Assembly (NCBI GenBank): GCA_951406725.2
Contig: OX597830.1
Coordinates: 8,060,001 to 8,124,000 of the forward strand
DNA: 64,000 nucleotides
Direction of reading: 5' to 3'
Origin: Octopus vulgaris
Taxonomy: Eukaryota
How positions within the stretch are numbered: the stretch's first letter is position 1; every line of letters starts with the position of its first letter. The translations under genes and the position numbers were made by a program. Positions 29,200-42,599 of this stretch are shown in pieces. The notes under the pieces are model-generated. The model saw only the letters and a program-made list of their open reading frames with translations. It was not told where the DNA came from and searched no databases.

Positions 29200-29765
29200 C
29201 AGGCAGCAATTGTAGAATCTGGAGCAGAGGTGACGAATATATCAACCATCTCTTCAGTGAGTGCAGTATACTAACACAAAAAGAGTATAAGCGCAGATAT
29301 AACTGTGAAGGAAGAAGAATACAATGAGATATTAGCCGTGTGTGGTTTCTAAGCAACAGCAATGTGGTATGAAAACGAACCAGAGGCTGTGATAGGAAAT
29401 GAGAGTTAGAGAATCTTCTGAGACTTGCTCATAAAAATCGTCCATGCTACTGAAATAAGAAGACTAGATATGATCACAGAGGTGGTGGGAGGGGGAATAA
29501 AATGCGTAAGACTTTTCAATCGCCTATAATAACAGTTGGTAGCAAAAAAAATGAATGAAATTGAGAAAGGTGAAGATGCGGCAGTGGAAGATGAAGACAA
29601 CAATTATTCCGGTGCTGATTGATGTTCTTGGCACAACACCGAAAATGTTATCTAAAAGACAGAAAGAGATTAGAATTGAGACTCGCAGAGTCGATTTTCA
29701 GAAACGTACCATCCTATATTCTACAAGAATCCTAAAGAAGACTCTTGGGATTTGAGGAGACTTAT
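29200..29765 (+). mobile_element. Decayed R4/Dong-type LINE 3' fragment (restriction-like endonuclease)
   Basis: QWKMKTTIIPVLIDVLGTTPKMLSKRQKEI...FQKRTILYSTRILKKTLGI matches the C-terminal pattern of RLE-type LINEs and the 42694 ORF. Confidence 0.7.
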
Positions 29766-29787
29766 TTTCACCAAACATCAAGATAAC

Positions 29788-30190
29788 AGGCGCAGGAGTG
29801 GCTGTGTGGTAAGTAGCTTGCTAACCAACCACACGGTTCTGGGTTCAGTCCCACTGCGTGGCATCTTGGGCAAGTGTCTTCTGCTATAGCTCCGGGCCGA
29901 CCAAAGCCTTGTGAGTGGATTTGGTAGATGGAAACTGAAAGAAGCCCGTCGTATATATGTATGTATATATATATATATGTGTGTGTTTGCGTGTCTGTGT
30001 TTGTCCCCTTAGCATTGCTTGACAACCGATACTGGTGTGTTTACGTCCCCGTCACTTAGCGATTTGGCAAAAGACACCGATAGAATAAGTACTGGGCTTA
30101 CAAAGAATAAGTCCCGGGGTCGATTTGCGCGACTAAAAGGCGGTGCTCCAGCATGGCCGCAGTCAAATAACTGAAACAAGTAAAAGAGTA
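29788..30190 (+). mobile_element. tRNA-derived SINE, full length
   Basis: Near-consensus copy of the 1863-2245 family. Confidence 0.92.
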
Positions 30191-30289
30191 TAACAATAAA
30201 ATTAGCAGAAAATAGCTTAATAATGATAATTATCATTATTATTGTTATTTGTTATTCACACAACAGATTAAACTGTTGTAAAAGTAAAA

Positions 30290-30660
30290 CTCCTAACATC
30301 GGATAACAAGCGTTCTTAGATGCCTATAACCGTCCCAAGTATCTTAGCTGTCCCTAATAACACTGTTTTCTGGAGCCGCACTGAAGTGGGTTTTATGCTT
30401 ACTTACTCAATCCATCTGTTCAAATCTATTTGGGGTAGTTCCAAATGCACCTATAACAAAAGGGATACATTTTACCCGTACTTTCCATAGCTTCTGTACT
30501 CAATGGCCAGGTCATGGTACTTTGCTATTTTCTCTTTAACTCCTATATTGACTTTCTCATCATCAGGGACTCTACTGACATTTTCTAATCTCTTTATCAA
30601 CCAGGCCTTCTAGCTTCTATTATTCTATCGGACAGAATGATAAAATCCCATATCTTATAT
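30290..30660 (-). mobile_element. Decayed R4/Dong-type LINE 3' fragment
   Basis: Minus strand: KIAKYHDLAI..KLWK..VSLFVIGAFGTTP..QKTVLLGTAKILG-like, between (ATT)n arrays. Confidence 0.65.
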
Positions 30661-30687
30661 TTCTTCTTCTTCATCATCTTCTTCTTC

Positions 30688-30742
<55 letters not shown>

Positions 30743-30840
30743 TACTACTACTGTCATTACTATTGCTGTATATAGGTGTATATTATATACAAATACGTAT
30801 ATAAGTATACAAATATTTATCAATACATACATATATATGC

Positions 30841-30881
<41 letters not shown>

Positions 30882-31422
30882 TATATATATACATACATAT
30901 ATATATAATATGTATACATATATAATATGTATACATATATATATATAATGTATTTTATGTATACATATGTATGTATATATATATATAATATACATATATA
31001 CTATTTATGTATATATATATGTATATATATGTATATATATGTATATACGTATATATATATATATATATATATATCATAGATAGTTGGACAGACACACATA
31101 CGCACATATACGTATGTTTATAATTATGCATTGAATTTAATTAGTTCTTCTAATGATAGGTATTTAATTACATATATCAAAATGATGATAATTAAAATAA
31201 GAAACAACAACTATAAATATAATCATTGTTTGTATCTGCAAATTCTTATTTGCAACGTTCATACACCTTTGCGCATGTGCGAGTGTATGCACGTGTCTGT
31301 GTGTTCGTGTGTATGCTGTGTATATATATATACATATACATGCGTGAGTGTGTGTTACAACTAAATGCATACATATAGGAAAAATATATGTAGGTATGTC
31401 TATTTGCGTACATATATTATAT

Positions 31423-31458
<36 letters not shown>

Positions 31459-31495
31459 GTATACACACATATATATACACACATATATATATGCG

Positions 31496-31537
<42 letters not shown>

Positions 31538-31675
31538 CGTATAATATATATATATATACACACATACGTATGATATATATATATATACACATACATATAA
31601 TATATATATATGTATATAATTTCATAATGAGATAAAAAAACGAGGCTGTGTAGATTTTAGAACATTTATAAATAG

Positions 31676-31719
31676 GTCTTACAGCTGTTTCCAGGATATT
31701 ATATCCCTTCATCGGAGAC
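31676..31719 (-). ncRNA. Minimal type I hammerhead motif (U4C)
   Basis: Minus strand GTCT-CCGATGA-AGGGATATaATATCCTG-GAAA-CAGCTG-TA-AGAC, with palindromic stem III ACAGCTGT. Upstream on the same strand, KYYWIL...PFCLN resembles a GIY-YIG C-terminus. Confidence 0.75.
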
Positions 31720-32186
31720 GGTGTGAAAAAATGGTTTAGCAATACTTAATTTAGATAAGATACAAAATAGAGAGTGAAGTGGAGGAATGAAAATAGATGT
31801 GAGATATCCAGGGATATTTCATTTGTAGATCCATTATTTAGGCAGAATGGTATACATATAAGATTCCAATACCTTGTGAGTAAAATCCAGTAGTATTTAA
31901 AATTGGTCATTCTAAGTATAGATTTTGTATACAAGGCCATTGAATCAAGGGTTTTATTTAAAGTGACCTAAAAGTAGGGAATTTATTTGTAAGGTCAAAT
32001 CGGAAAAAGGAAGAGAGGAATAAAGAAAAAAATTTTTTTGTATATACACATGCTGATATATGGACCTACGTTGGACTCCTTATTCACATAATCACCGAAC
32101 CTGGAGCTTAACTATGATCTATCCATAGCACTTACTCAGCATTACCTGACACCTTTGGGTCTTATTGACATCATTACCTCTAATAA

Positions 32187-32247
<61 letters not shown>

Positions 32248-32250
<3 letters not shown>

Positions 32251-32645
32251 GATAAATATCAAAGTGAGTTATATACAGTAGCGGTAACACATCGTGACGT
32301 ATTTTTGCCATTTTAATATGGCTAACCCCTAAGGGTGGATGCTACTGTAGTTTTTAGCCCCAGGAGGACACACTCCTCCAGCTGGCCATAGACACACTAT
32401 CTGTGTCCTGTCAGTATTTGCAAAGGGAAGTCATCCTTCCCGTCTTCAACTTATGATACACACGGACTCGAGTTTCGAGGTATTGACCTCTCGTCAGCGT
32501 GTGACAATCATAGTTGTCGGCGAGAATTAGATTTCCTTCACAAATACTTATACTTTTTCCAGCGTCCACTGTCGCTGATAATGAAAAAGTGAAATCAAAC
32601 AATGATAAATATCAAAGTGAGTTATATACAGTAGCGGTAACACTA

Positions 32646-32650
<5 letters not shown>
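32248..32650 (-). mobile_element. Retrozyme-like non-coding element, 353-nt unit with a 43-bp terminal direct repeat
   Basis: 32248-32290 is identical to 32601-32643; canonical HHR inside; flanked by (TA)n on both sides. Confidence 0.85.
32459..32503 (-). ncRNA. Canonical minimal type I hammerhead ribozyme
   Basis: Minus strand CACACG-CTGACGA-GAGGT caat ACCTC-GAAA-CTCGAG-TC-CGTGTG. Perfect 6-bp stem I, 5-bp stem II, palindromic stem III ACTCGAGT, GUC triplet. Confidence 0.92.
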
Positions 32651-32681
<31 letters not shown>

Positions 32682-32796
32682 GTTGCATAAAAAGAACATC
32701 TATGTGAATGAGTGAGCCATTCTTTGATCGTATTTATCCTAGTAATATATGTGAAGGCAGTCAGGTGCATATATAATTTCTTTATTTGTGAATTCA

Positions 32797-32863
32797 TGCT
32801 ACCATTGGTTTCATGTCAAAAGAAGTAGGAAAATATCCTAGTATCTTAACAATTTTTCAAGCC
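32797..32863 (-). ncRNA. Hammerhead motif with U3-A8 core and long stem II (family B, copy 1)
   Basis: Minus strand GGC-TTGAAAA-attgttaaga..tcttttgacat-GAAA-CCAATGG-TA-GCA. Confidence 0.65.
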
Positions 32864-33584
32864 GATCATATGGAGAAAGGTGTTCGCTTCCATTTGGAGT
32901 GTAATGACAGTCTGATTTAACGAAGGACTTATTCAAAATGCACACCTGAAGAAGCACATTTTACACATTTGATGGAAGGTAGTGATTAATCACTATGTTA
33001 ATTATATCATCCCACCAATGTTCTGCGGGTTTGGCGATATTTGGAAACAATTGTAGTGGATGTGTAAGACTTATTATTCAGTTGACCATATAACTCGTCT
33101 TCAGGCTCTGCAGATTCAATTTTCTCGCTGGGAACGATAAGAAAATCACCAGAAGAATCGCCATTTTTATTAACATCTAGTGAAGCAATATCAGGTTCCT
33201 GTCCCAAAGACAGCTGCTGTATCGCTACATTCTACTAAGGAACATATGATTAAATTTTAGCCAACACTGCTTATCTGAACTGATATAAACACCTTGACTT
33301 TAAAGACAGATGAAACAAACACCAGAGACGTTTAGCCTCAAGCAGAAACTGCAGAAGATATTAAAAGCTCTTTTCTTCGTCGTAGCTAAAGCTGTCGTAA
33401 CTTTGGAAACACTTCCGTATCTTTTCTTGGCTAAATGTCTAGAGTTATATTCTGAGATTCAATATACTATTGAGCCATGCATTAATTAAAGTATCTATCC
33501 CGAATATATTATGTATACAAATTGGTCTATCTAATTAAATTAGTCTATCTGATTAAATTAAACCTCATTAATTATAGGTTTAAA

Positions 33585-33800
33585 GGTGGTAAACTGGCAG
33601 ATTTGTAAACACGCCGGACAAAATGCTTAGCGGCATTTTGTCTGTCTCTACGTTCTGAATTTCAAATTCCACCGAGGTCGACTTTGCGTTTCATCTTTTC
33701 GGGGTCGATAAAATAAGTACCAGTAGAACACTAGGGTCGATGTCAATGACTAGCCTTTTCTCCCTCCAAATTTCAAGCCTTGGTCCTATAGTAGAAAGGA
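33585..33800 (+). mobile_element. Nin/Deu-like SINE
   Basis: Same head and body as the 4148 family. Confidence 0.85.
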
Positions 33801-34071
33801 CTGATGATGGATATATAAGCGGAATCGCTCTGAACTGTTACAGAAGATATTCGCTCCTTAATGACATCCCAATAAAGGACTGAAACCAGTCTTGCTAAGC
33901 CCTCTTTTTTTTAAGTTCACTAAGATATTGTATATGAAGACAAGATTTTATACATTGCGTGGTACAACATTGCAACACCTGATTAATAGTATCGCTTAGG
34001 TATTAAAAATGAATGAAATGAGTGTTCAACAACGCATTGGTGCATATATAATTTATTTATTTGTGAATTAA

Positions 34072-34138
34072 GGCTACCATTGGTTTCATGTTAAAAAGAG
34101 TAGGAAAATATCCTAGTATCATAACAATTTTTCAAACC
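34072..34138 (-). ncRNA. Hammerhead motif with U3-A8 core and long stem II (family B, copy 2)
   Basis: Minus strand GGT-TTGAAAA-...-GAAA-CCAATGG-TA-GCC. Confidence 0.65.
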
Positions 34139-34382
34139 GATCACATGGAGAAATGTGTTCGCCTCCATTTGGAAAAACATCTCGTTTCGTTCACGGGATT
34201 TCTCGTAAATTCACGTAAATGAAACAATGAATATATATATATATCGGTTTTGTAGAAACAGAAAAATAAATTAGTAAATGAGCGGTAATCGAGTGTGTTA
34301 AGTGATAAGGTACTAAAAGAGAATGATTCTCCGCAGACACAATAATGTATATATACATTCATACAATTGTTTTCCATACTTA

Positions 34383-34418
34383 CAGTTGAAAAAGTCTCAA
34401 TGAATGAAACCGGTATTG
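34383..34418 (+). ncRNA. Minimal hammerhead motif with U3-A8 core (family C, copy 1)
   Basis: CAG-TTGAAAA-AGTCtcaatGAAT-GAAA-CCGG-TA-TTG; homologous to 59862-59897. Confidence 0.6.
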
Positions 34419-34503
34419 AAATGTTTTTTATAAAATTATTTTAGCATTTTCTACCTTAGCTTTTTTCCATATATATAAATACCACACACACTACCACACA
34501 CAC

Positions 34504-34567
<64 letters not shown>

Positions 34568-36078
34568 GCATATATATGTGTGTGTGTGTGCGCGTGCACT
34601 TACAAACGTATACATACGCACACACATTACACCCTATGTATTTTCGTTCTGTGCGCATATATAAGGATATAGAGAAATGAGTGATTGGGATGTGGTGGCG
34701 TTGATGAGGGAAGAGCTCCATGCTTACTGGAAACCTGAGATTCGTTTCAGGTTTCCAGTAAAAACAGGTGCAAACCTCTATTTTTTCAAGTGTAATATAC
34801 GGCGCCATGGCAACGGTCTGGGTGCTGCGACGTGTATGTGTGCACCTCGGTGCATTTGTGTGCGTATATGTGTGTGTTGCGTGTGTGTGTTTGTGTGCGT
34901 GCGTGTGTATGTGTTTGTGTGCGTGCGTGTGGTGTGTTTGCGTGTGTGTGTGTTTTGTGCGTTTGTGCTTGTGTGTTTTTGTGCGTGTGTGTTTGTGTGT
35001 TTATGTGTGTTTTGCATATACGTATGTGTGTGTGCGTGTGTGCTTGTGTGTGTCTGTGTGTATTTGTGTTTGTGTGTGTGTGTTTTGCGTGTGTGTGTTT
35101 TGTGCGTTCGTGTGTGTGTGTTTGTGCGTGTGCGTGTGTGTTGTTGTTGGTGTGTGTGTGTAAGCACTTGAGTGTGCACTATTCCAGAAGAAAAACTATT
35201 AACGACAACAACAGAAACGACTACAACAATAACGACGGCCGCTGGAGTGGCGGCACACGCGCCGCGCTGGAAAGGCGGAGTGTCAGCTTACTGCTAGAAC
35301 TTCCGGTCACGTGTTGTATGCAAAGTAAAAGGCTCATTGGATAGCAGAAAAAAGGGTCTTTTAGATTTAAAGCGGACTTTTTAATAGCTGTGGTTGGTCT
35401 AGATGACATAGTGCAGTGAGGGAGTTAGGGGTTAGTGGTGGTAGTGGTGGTGGTGGCGGCGGTGGTGGTGGTGGTGGTGGTGGCGGTGGCGGTGGATGAT
35501 CACTGTAACGTTGTTTACGTTCTCAGGCGTAGAAGAGGGGTTAAACTAAGAATGTGAGAGAGAGAGAGAGAGAAGGAGGTGAGAGAGCGAGGAACAGAGA
35601 GAAATGCAAGATAGATAATTATGTTACAAGATAGAGAGAGACAGAGAGAGGGAGAAAGACGGAGAAAGAAGAGAGACAGAGAGAGAGAATGTGTGTCTGA
35701 CAGAGAAAGACAAGATAAATAATTATGTTGCTAGAGACAGAGAGAGTGAGAGAAAGAAAGCGGGGAACAGAGTAGGAGCGAGGGGGCCGGAGAGAGAGAG
35801 AAAGAGAGATGAGAGAGAGACAGAGACAGTGAGAGAGAGACAGAGACAATGAGAGAGAGACAGAGACAGTGAGAGAGAGATAAAGACAGTGAGAGAGAGA
35901 CAGAGACAGTGAGAGAGAGAGAGAGAAACAGACAAGAGGAAGTTGACAGACTAAAAATAGACAGGCCAATAGACGGACATAGATCGATGGACACATAGGC
36001 AGACATAGACAGAGAGATAGATTGACACAGACAGACTGACAGATAGATAGAGAGACAGACAGACAGACACACACACAC

Positions 36079-36142
<64 letters not shown>

Positions 36143-36166
36143 GGATGGATGGATGGATAGGATAGA

Positions 36167-36228
<62 letters not shown>

Positions 36229-36633
36229 GGAAGGTAGGTAGGTGGACAGTGATGCTTAGAGTTGTTGTGATGATGATGATATTTATCTTTGTTGGGGTGG
36301 TTCACGTTGTTATTGAATCGGGAGAAATGGTCTTTGGCAATCACACACACACACACGTCTCAGATGTGACGCCATGCTGAGCAGTAAAAGTCACCGTGTG
36401 ACATACCTACCACCTCCCACCTTCACCACCAACACCAACACCACCGCCTCCGACCATCACACTCTGTGACTGTAACGTTTAACTCCGCTTTCTCCTCCCC
36501 TTCTTTCCTCCTACCCTTCCCCTTACTACTAACCCCCCCCCCCCCTCATCCGAAAACATAAACAAATGACTCTGGCTCGTGTCCGCCACCCACCACGTTG
36601 TGTCCTGACGTCATACAGCTGTGGTCCCCCTTT

Positions 36634-36638
36634 TATTA

Positions 36639-36710
<72 letters not shown>

Positions 36711-36746
36711 TATATTATTATCATTATCATTATTATTATTATCATT

Positions 36747-36781
<35 letters not shown>

Positions 36782-36846
36782 TATCATTATTATCATTATC
36801 ATTATTATTATTATCATTATTATCATTATCATTATTATCATTATTA

Positions 36847-36901
<55 letters not shown>

Positions 36902-37203
36902 CGTTATTATTATTATTATTATTATTATTATCATTATTATCATTATCATTATTATTATTATCATTATTATCATTATCATTATTATTATTATCATTATGAT
37001 TATTATTATTATGATTATTATTATTATTATTATGATTATTATTATTATCATTATCATTATTATTATTATCATTATTATCATTATCATTATTATTATTATC
37101 ATTATGATTATTATTATTATGATTATTATTATTATGATTATTATTATTATTATGATTATTATTATTATGATTATTATTATTATTATTATGATTATTATTA
37201 TTA

Positions 37204-37237
<34 letters not shown>

Positions 37238-37389
37238 CATTATTATTATTATTATTATTATTATCATTATTATTATTATGATTATTATTATTATGATTAT
37301 TATTATTATGATTATTATTATTATTATTATGATTATTATTATTATGATTATTATTATTATTATTATGATTATTATTATTATCATTATTA

Positions 37390-37447
<58 letters not shown>

Positions 37448-37450
37448 AAT
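36634..37450. repeat. ~800-bp (ATT)n array with ATC/ATG variant units
   Basis: Direct inspection; explains the poly-I, poly-Y and poly-L ORFs. Confidence 0.97.
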
Positions 37451-37624
37451 TATTATTTTTATTATTTTATTTTTTGTTTATATTATGAGGTTGTTATTTT
37501 AGTTTTATTGTCCAGGTGAAAAAAGAGGGGGAGAAGGCAGAGAGTGGGGGTCGGAGGGGGGGGGGGCAACCGTTTCTCGTTCTTAAGACGAGAGAAAGCG
37601 ACAGGGAGATGATCTTTTTATCAT

Positions 37625-38523
37625 TATCTTTTATTTGTTTAAATCGTAGAACGGTGGCCATGCTAGGGCACTTTCTTGAATGGTTCTTGTCTAACTAATC
37701 GACTCAAATACCATTTTTTTTTTCTTTTTAAGCTTGGTGCGTCTTCGATCGATCTTGTTATGCTGAACTACGAAGTTATGGGGCCGTAAACACGCCAACA
37801 CCGTTTGTCAAGAGGTGATGGGGATAAACGCAGACACAAAGACATGACAGGCTTCTTTCAGTTTCCGTCTACCAAATTCACTCACAAGTCTTTGGTCAAC
37901 CCGAGGCTATAGCAGAAGACACTTACACAAGGTACCATAGAGTGGGACTGAACCCTGCTTCATGTGGTTAGAAAGTAAACTTCTTACAGTATAGCCACGT
38001 CTGCACCTATGATATATACACGCGCACATATGTGTGTGTACGTGTGTGTGTGGCTGCGTGGTAAGAAGAATGCTTCTCAAACACATGGTCCTAGGTTCAG
38101 TTCCACTGCGTGGCGCCTTGGGCAAATGTCTTTTACTATAACCTCAGGCCGCCCAAAGCCTTGTGAGTGGATTTGGTAGACAGAAACCGAAAAAAGCATA
38201 TGTATGTATTCGTGTGTCTTTGTTTATCCCCTCACCACCACAGCTTGACAACTGACGTGTGCTTACATCCTGTAACCTAGCGGTTCGGCAAAGAGACCGA
38301 TAGGATAACTACTAAGCTGACAGCGTGGCCACAGTCAAAATGACTGAAACAAATAAAACAAAAAATTACATATATATATATATATATATATATGGTTGTG
38401 TGGTTAGAAGCTTGCTTCCCAACCACACGGTTCTGGGTTCAGTCACACAGCATGACACCTTGGGCAAGTGCCGTCTACTATAGCCTTAGGCCATCCAAAA
38501 CCTTGTGTATGGATTTGGTAGAC

Positions 38524-38525
<2 letters not shown>
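37625..38525. mobile_element. Cluster of tRNA-derived SINE copies (one minus, two plus)
   Basis: Matches to the 1863-2245 family at ~37625-38010 (-), ~38050-38360 (+) and ~38392-38525 (+). Confidence 0.82.
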
Positions 38526-38574
<49 letters not shown>

Positions 38575-40608
38575 ATGCTTCAGAATAAAGCATCAGTCGA
38601 GTACAGAGCGTCATTTATATAATCCCTTAAATGCGCGCGTGTGTGTGTGATAGGCTTCTTTCAGTTTCCGTCAACTAAATTCACTCACGAGGAATTGTGT
38701 TGTGACTAGTAGGAGCGGGAGGGATGAATACTCATCGACGCCCACTGCATGAAAAACAAATAGTTAAGCGGTAGCTATTCTCCCCTTCACATCCAATCCC
38801 TTCACAAATACACATTCAGTCCTTTTGTTAAGCTATCCTATACGATTCTATCTTGATTCATTAAATTCCTATATTCTACTATTTAGCTGTTCTAATAACT
38901 GGTAATAAAGTATTACACTGTTTTGTTGCTGAGGTCAAATTAGGCTGGAATATGCTCAGAATTATCTCATCACCAGATTTTCTCCCCTACACTATTTCAT
39001 TTTAGATTAATCTTTATTTTTCTAACAGCAAATTAGAAGTAGAGTTGTGTAGATCAAATTGTAAAATTTGTGCTTCTATTGTAAAAGAGCCACAAGTTAA
39101 AAGTAAAGTTGGTCTTAGCGAAATTCGAACTCAGACTGTAAAATGCCCCAATTAAATACAATAAGTCTTTTTTTGTATTTTGTATACAATTAAATACAAG
39201 TCTTTTTGTATCCTCCACACAACTCGATGTGTCTCTTTCTCTCTTTTTCTTAGTCTTTTGCTATATAATAATTCGGGTCCACCTTTTCTCTGCTGTCATC
39301 TCGGTACATGCCACCTTGCACAGTCTGCATCAGTTTTAATGTTAATAGTAATGGTAGCCACCGAAGCTGTATTCTATCGTCGTCATCATCATCATCATCA
39401 TCATCATTATCGTCGTCACCTTCCTTGGCGATGTCGTCATTAAAATAATAATAATGACCATCATCATATCATCATTATCATTATCATTATCCTCATCATC
39501 ATCATCATCATCGTCGTCGTCTCGATCATTCCCTTCATCGTCGTCTTCGGCGGCGGCATCATTAAAATTATCATCATTATCATTATCATCATTAACATCA
39601 CCATAATCACCATCATCATCATCATCATCATCATATTCCTTAGCATCATGTAACAATCATAGTCACTACTATACCCAAATATCCCCCACTCCCAGCTGCA
39701 GCAACGCCAACCCACCCCCATCCACCCATAAAATCGCTACAACATCTCTGCACGCTTCCAGTGACACGTGACGCGTCTCTTTGCCGCCGGCAAGTAAAAT
39801 GCACGAACACCGCGCATGCACACAAGTATATACATATATATAGTTATATATACACATATACATATATATACCTATATACACACATACACATATACATATA
39901 TACTTATATACACACATACACATATACGTATATACTTATATACACACATATGCATATATATACTTATATACACACATATACATATATATATATATACTTA
40001 TATACACACATATATATATACATATATACTTATATACACACATACACATATACATATATACTTATATACACACATACACATATACATATATACTTATATA
40101 TACACATACACATATACATATATATATACTTATATACACACATATACATATACATATATATACTTATATACACACATATACATATACATATATATACTTA
40201 TATACACACATATACATATATATATATACTTATATATACACATATACATATATATATACTTATATACACGAGTGCCTGTTTGTGTGTGTGTGTGCTGTTG
40301 AACAGATGGATGCATTTCACAAATACACACAGACATTTACGTCCAAGCACAAATACACGTAAGTTAATATATATAAACATTTACATACATTCATATTCTG
40401 CTATTGTTTTCCCTCACTGGGCTGCGGCCAAGCTGGGGCATTGCTTCCAGGCGGTTTTTTACATCGTCAATTTTAGCCTAGAACTTACTTCAATTTAAGA
40501 CTTTTGATGGTCATTCAATTCAGTAAGTTACTATTTTGACCCAACACCGGTCTTGTTTTACCCGGGGGGGTGTTATGTGAAATATATAAACATACGCAAG
40601 GGCTGAAA

Positions 40609-40664
<56 letters not shown>

Positions 40665-40913
40665 TAAACAAACACACACACACACGTACACTTGTATACA
40701 CAGAAAAAGGCAAAATCAGAGTAACGTCCTCGCGAATCATTCTCTGAATAAATAAAATAACTCTTGTATGTATGTATGTATGTATGTATGTATGTATGTA
40801 TGTATGTATGTATGTATGTATGTATGTATGTATGTATGTATGTGTGTGTGACCGCGTGTGTATCATTGGCGATATTCTTTCTCTTCCCTTCCTTCGATTT
40901 TTTCTTTTTCTAT

Positions 40914-40948
40914 GTTTCTGACGAAGAGCTCCGCTCGAAACGTTAAAT
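40914..40948 (+). ncRNA. Minimal type I hammerhead motif
   Basis: GTTT-CTGACGA-A-GAGC tcc GCTC-GAAA-CG-TT-AAAT; stem III reduced to the palindrome ACGT. Confidence 0.75.
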
Positions 40949-41245
40949 CCTCCTTCTTTCCTGAGCGTCCAATAACACAATAGTTGTTCCACGTCCTCGT
41001 GTTGTGTTTTCATGCTTGGATTAACTATGTATGTATGTATATATGTATATATATATTTGTGAGTATGTATGTATTTCTATGTATGTATGAATGTACGTAT
41101 GTATGTATGTATGTATGTATGTATGTATGTATGTATGTATGTATGTATGTATGTATGTATGTATGTATGTATGTATGTATGTATGTGTGTATTTGTATGT
41201 TTCATGTATGTATTCTCATGCATATAGTTGCATATCTAGAAATGT

Positions 41246-41535
41246 TCATATATACTTAAATGATAAATTCTGGAAAGTTTCGCAGATTTTTACGATTCCA
41301 GTGACGGCTTGAATCTGTAGTCTTTGAATCAGCTTTCTTCTTTCTGGTATTGAGAAGCCTAATGTCTCAAGATTGGTATTTAGGCAGTGTGTTACATTTT
41401 CCAGTTCCCCAATAATTACAGGTATAACTCTGAACTTGTAATCTGGATAGAGCAACTGCAGATCTCTCAATAGTTTGGCGTTGGTATTTTCTTTATAGCT
41501 GATATTAACATCCACTGGACAGCTGATTTCCACTG
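41246..41535 (-). mobile_element. RLE-type (R4/Dong-like) LINE 3' fragment
   Basis: [54 protein letters not shown]. Confidence 0.75.
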
Positions 41536-41583
41536 TATGTATGTATGTATTTATGTATAATAATATATATACACATATATATG

Positions 41584-41616
<33 letters not shown>

Positions 41617-41656
41617 TATATATGTATATATATATATGTGTGTATATATATATATA

Positions 41657-41696
<40 letters not shown>

Positions 41697-42199
41697 TCTA
41701 TACATACATATATGTACATACTTACATCTATATATATATATATATGCATCTATACATGCATATATGTACATACATACATACATCTATATGTATATATATA
41801 TATATGTATGTATATATATATATATATATATATGCATGTGGGCACAGGACGTCATGGATAGTGTTCAACAAAAAAATACGAAGGACGAGTACATGGAACA
41901 TGAACAATTCTTTCGAACAACGAAAGACACAAATGGTAAACAAAACAAACAACATAAAGAACGACCCTTCATCAGTTGTTGGCTGATTTTCTAGTCTCGC
42001 ATTTCGAGCATTTAACAACAATATACGCTTTCGATAAAACAGTTGCTCCCGCAAAGCAAATTAAATAAAATTTGGGATTTTCGGAGGGTCAAAATTGGTA
42101 ACACATACAGGACAGTGAAAAAAAACAAGGAGGGCTGCTAAGCCTAAACGAGGTCGTGGTGGCGAACGCGGAAATCAAGCTTGGACAGGAGACAGACAA

Positions 42200-42234
<35 letters not shown>

Positions 42235-42390
42235 TTAGGGTACCAAAAGTACCAGCTTTTCAAGAAATAAGAGTCAACACCCCAAAGCTACAAATTTCTC
42301 ACTATTAAATAATCACGCACGGTTAATGCAGCGAATATAAGAAAAATAGCTCCTTATCTTTGCAAAAACCACAAAGTAAAGTACAGATAT

Positions 42391-42447
42391 CTTAGTATCA
42401 ATTGATTTCACCTTCTGTATTAAAAGCACTGAGAATCATCAGCTAAG
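42391..42447 (-). ncRNA. Type I hammerhead motif
   Basis: Minus strand CTTAG-CTGATGA-ttctcagtgcttttaatacagaaggt-GAAA-TCAATTGA-TA-CTAAG. Perfect 5-bp stem I and 10-nt palindromic stem III ATCAATTGAT; base of stem II imperfect. Confidence 0.75.
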
Positions 42448-42568
42448 CTTACTGAATAAAACTATTTTTCAAAATATATTCACTACAACGTGCGCGTCTG
42501 TTCACTTCAATGCCCACCGCGACATTCAAAAACGAAAAATAATGAGTAGGTTAAAATCTTTCATAAGA

Positions 42569-42595
<27 letters not shown>

Positions 42596-42599
<4 letters not shown>

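Noticed and set aside
32300-32400. Twister or HDV-like ribozyme reading of the conserved module (TAA-TATGGC...GCCATA-GA; GGCTAA)
   Set aside because: The required pseudoknot pairings could not be formed, and the motifs are not kept in the 63.7-kb homologue.
33007-33207. 66-aa non-repetitive minus-strand ORF
   Set aside because: Not recognisable; at most a faint resemblance to a decayed retroelement RT, too weak to call.
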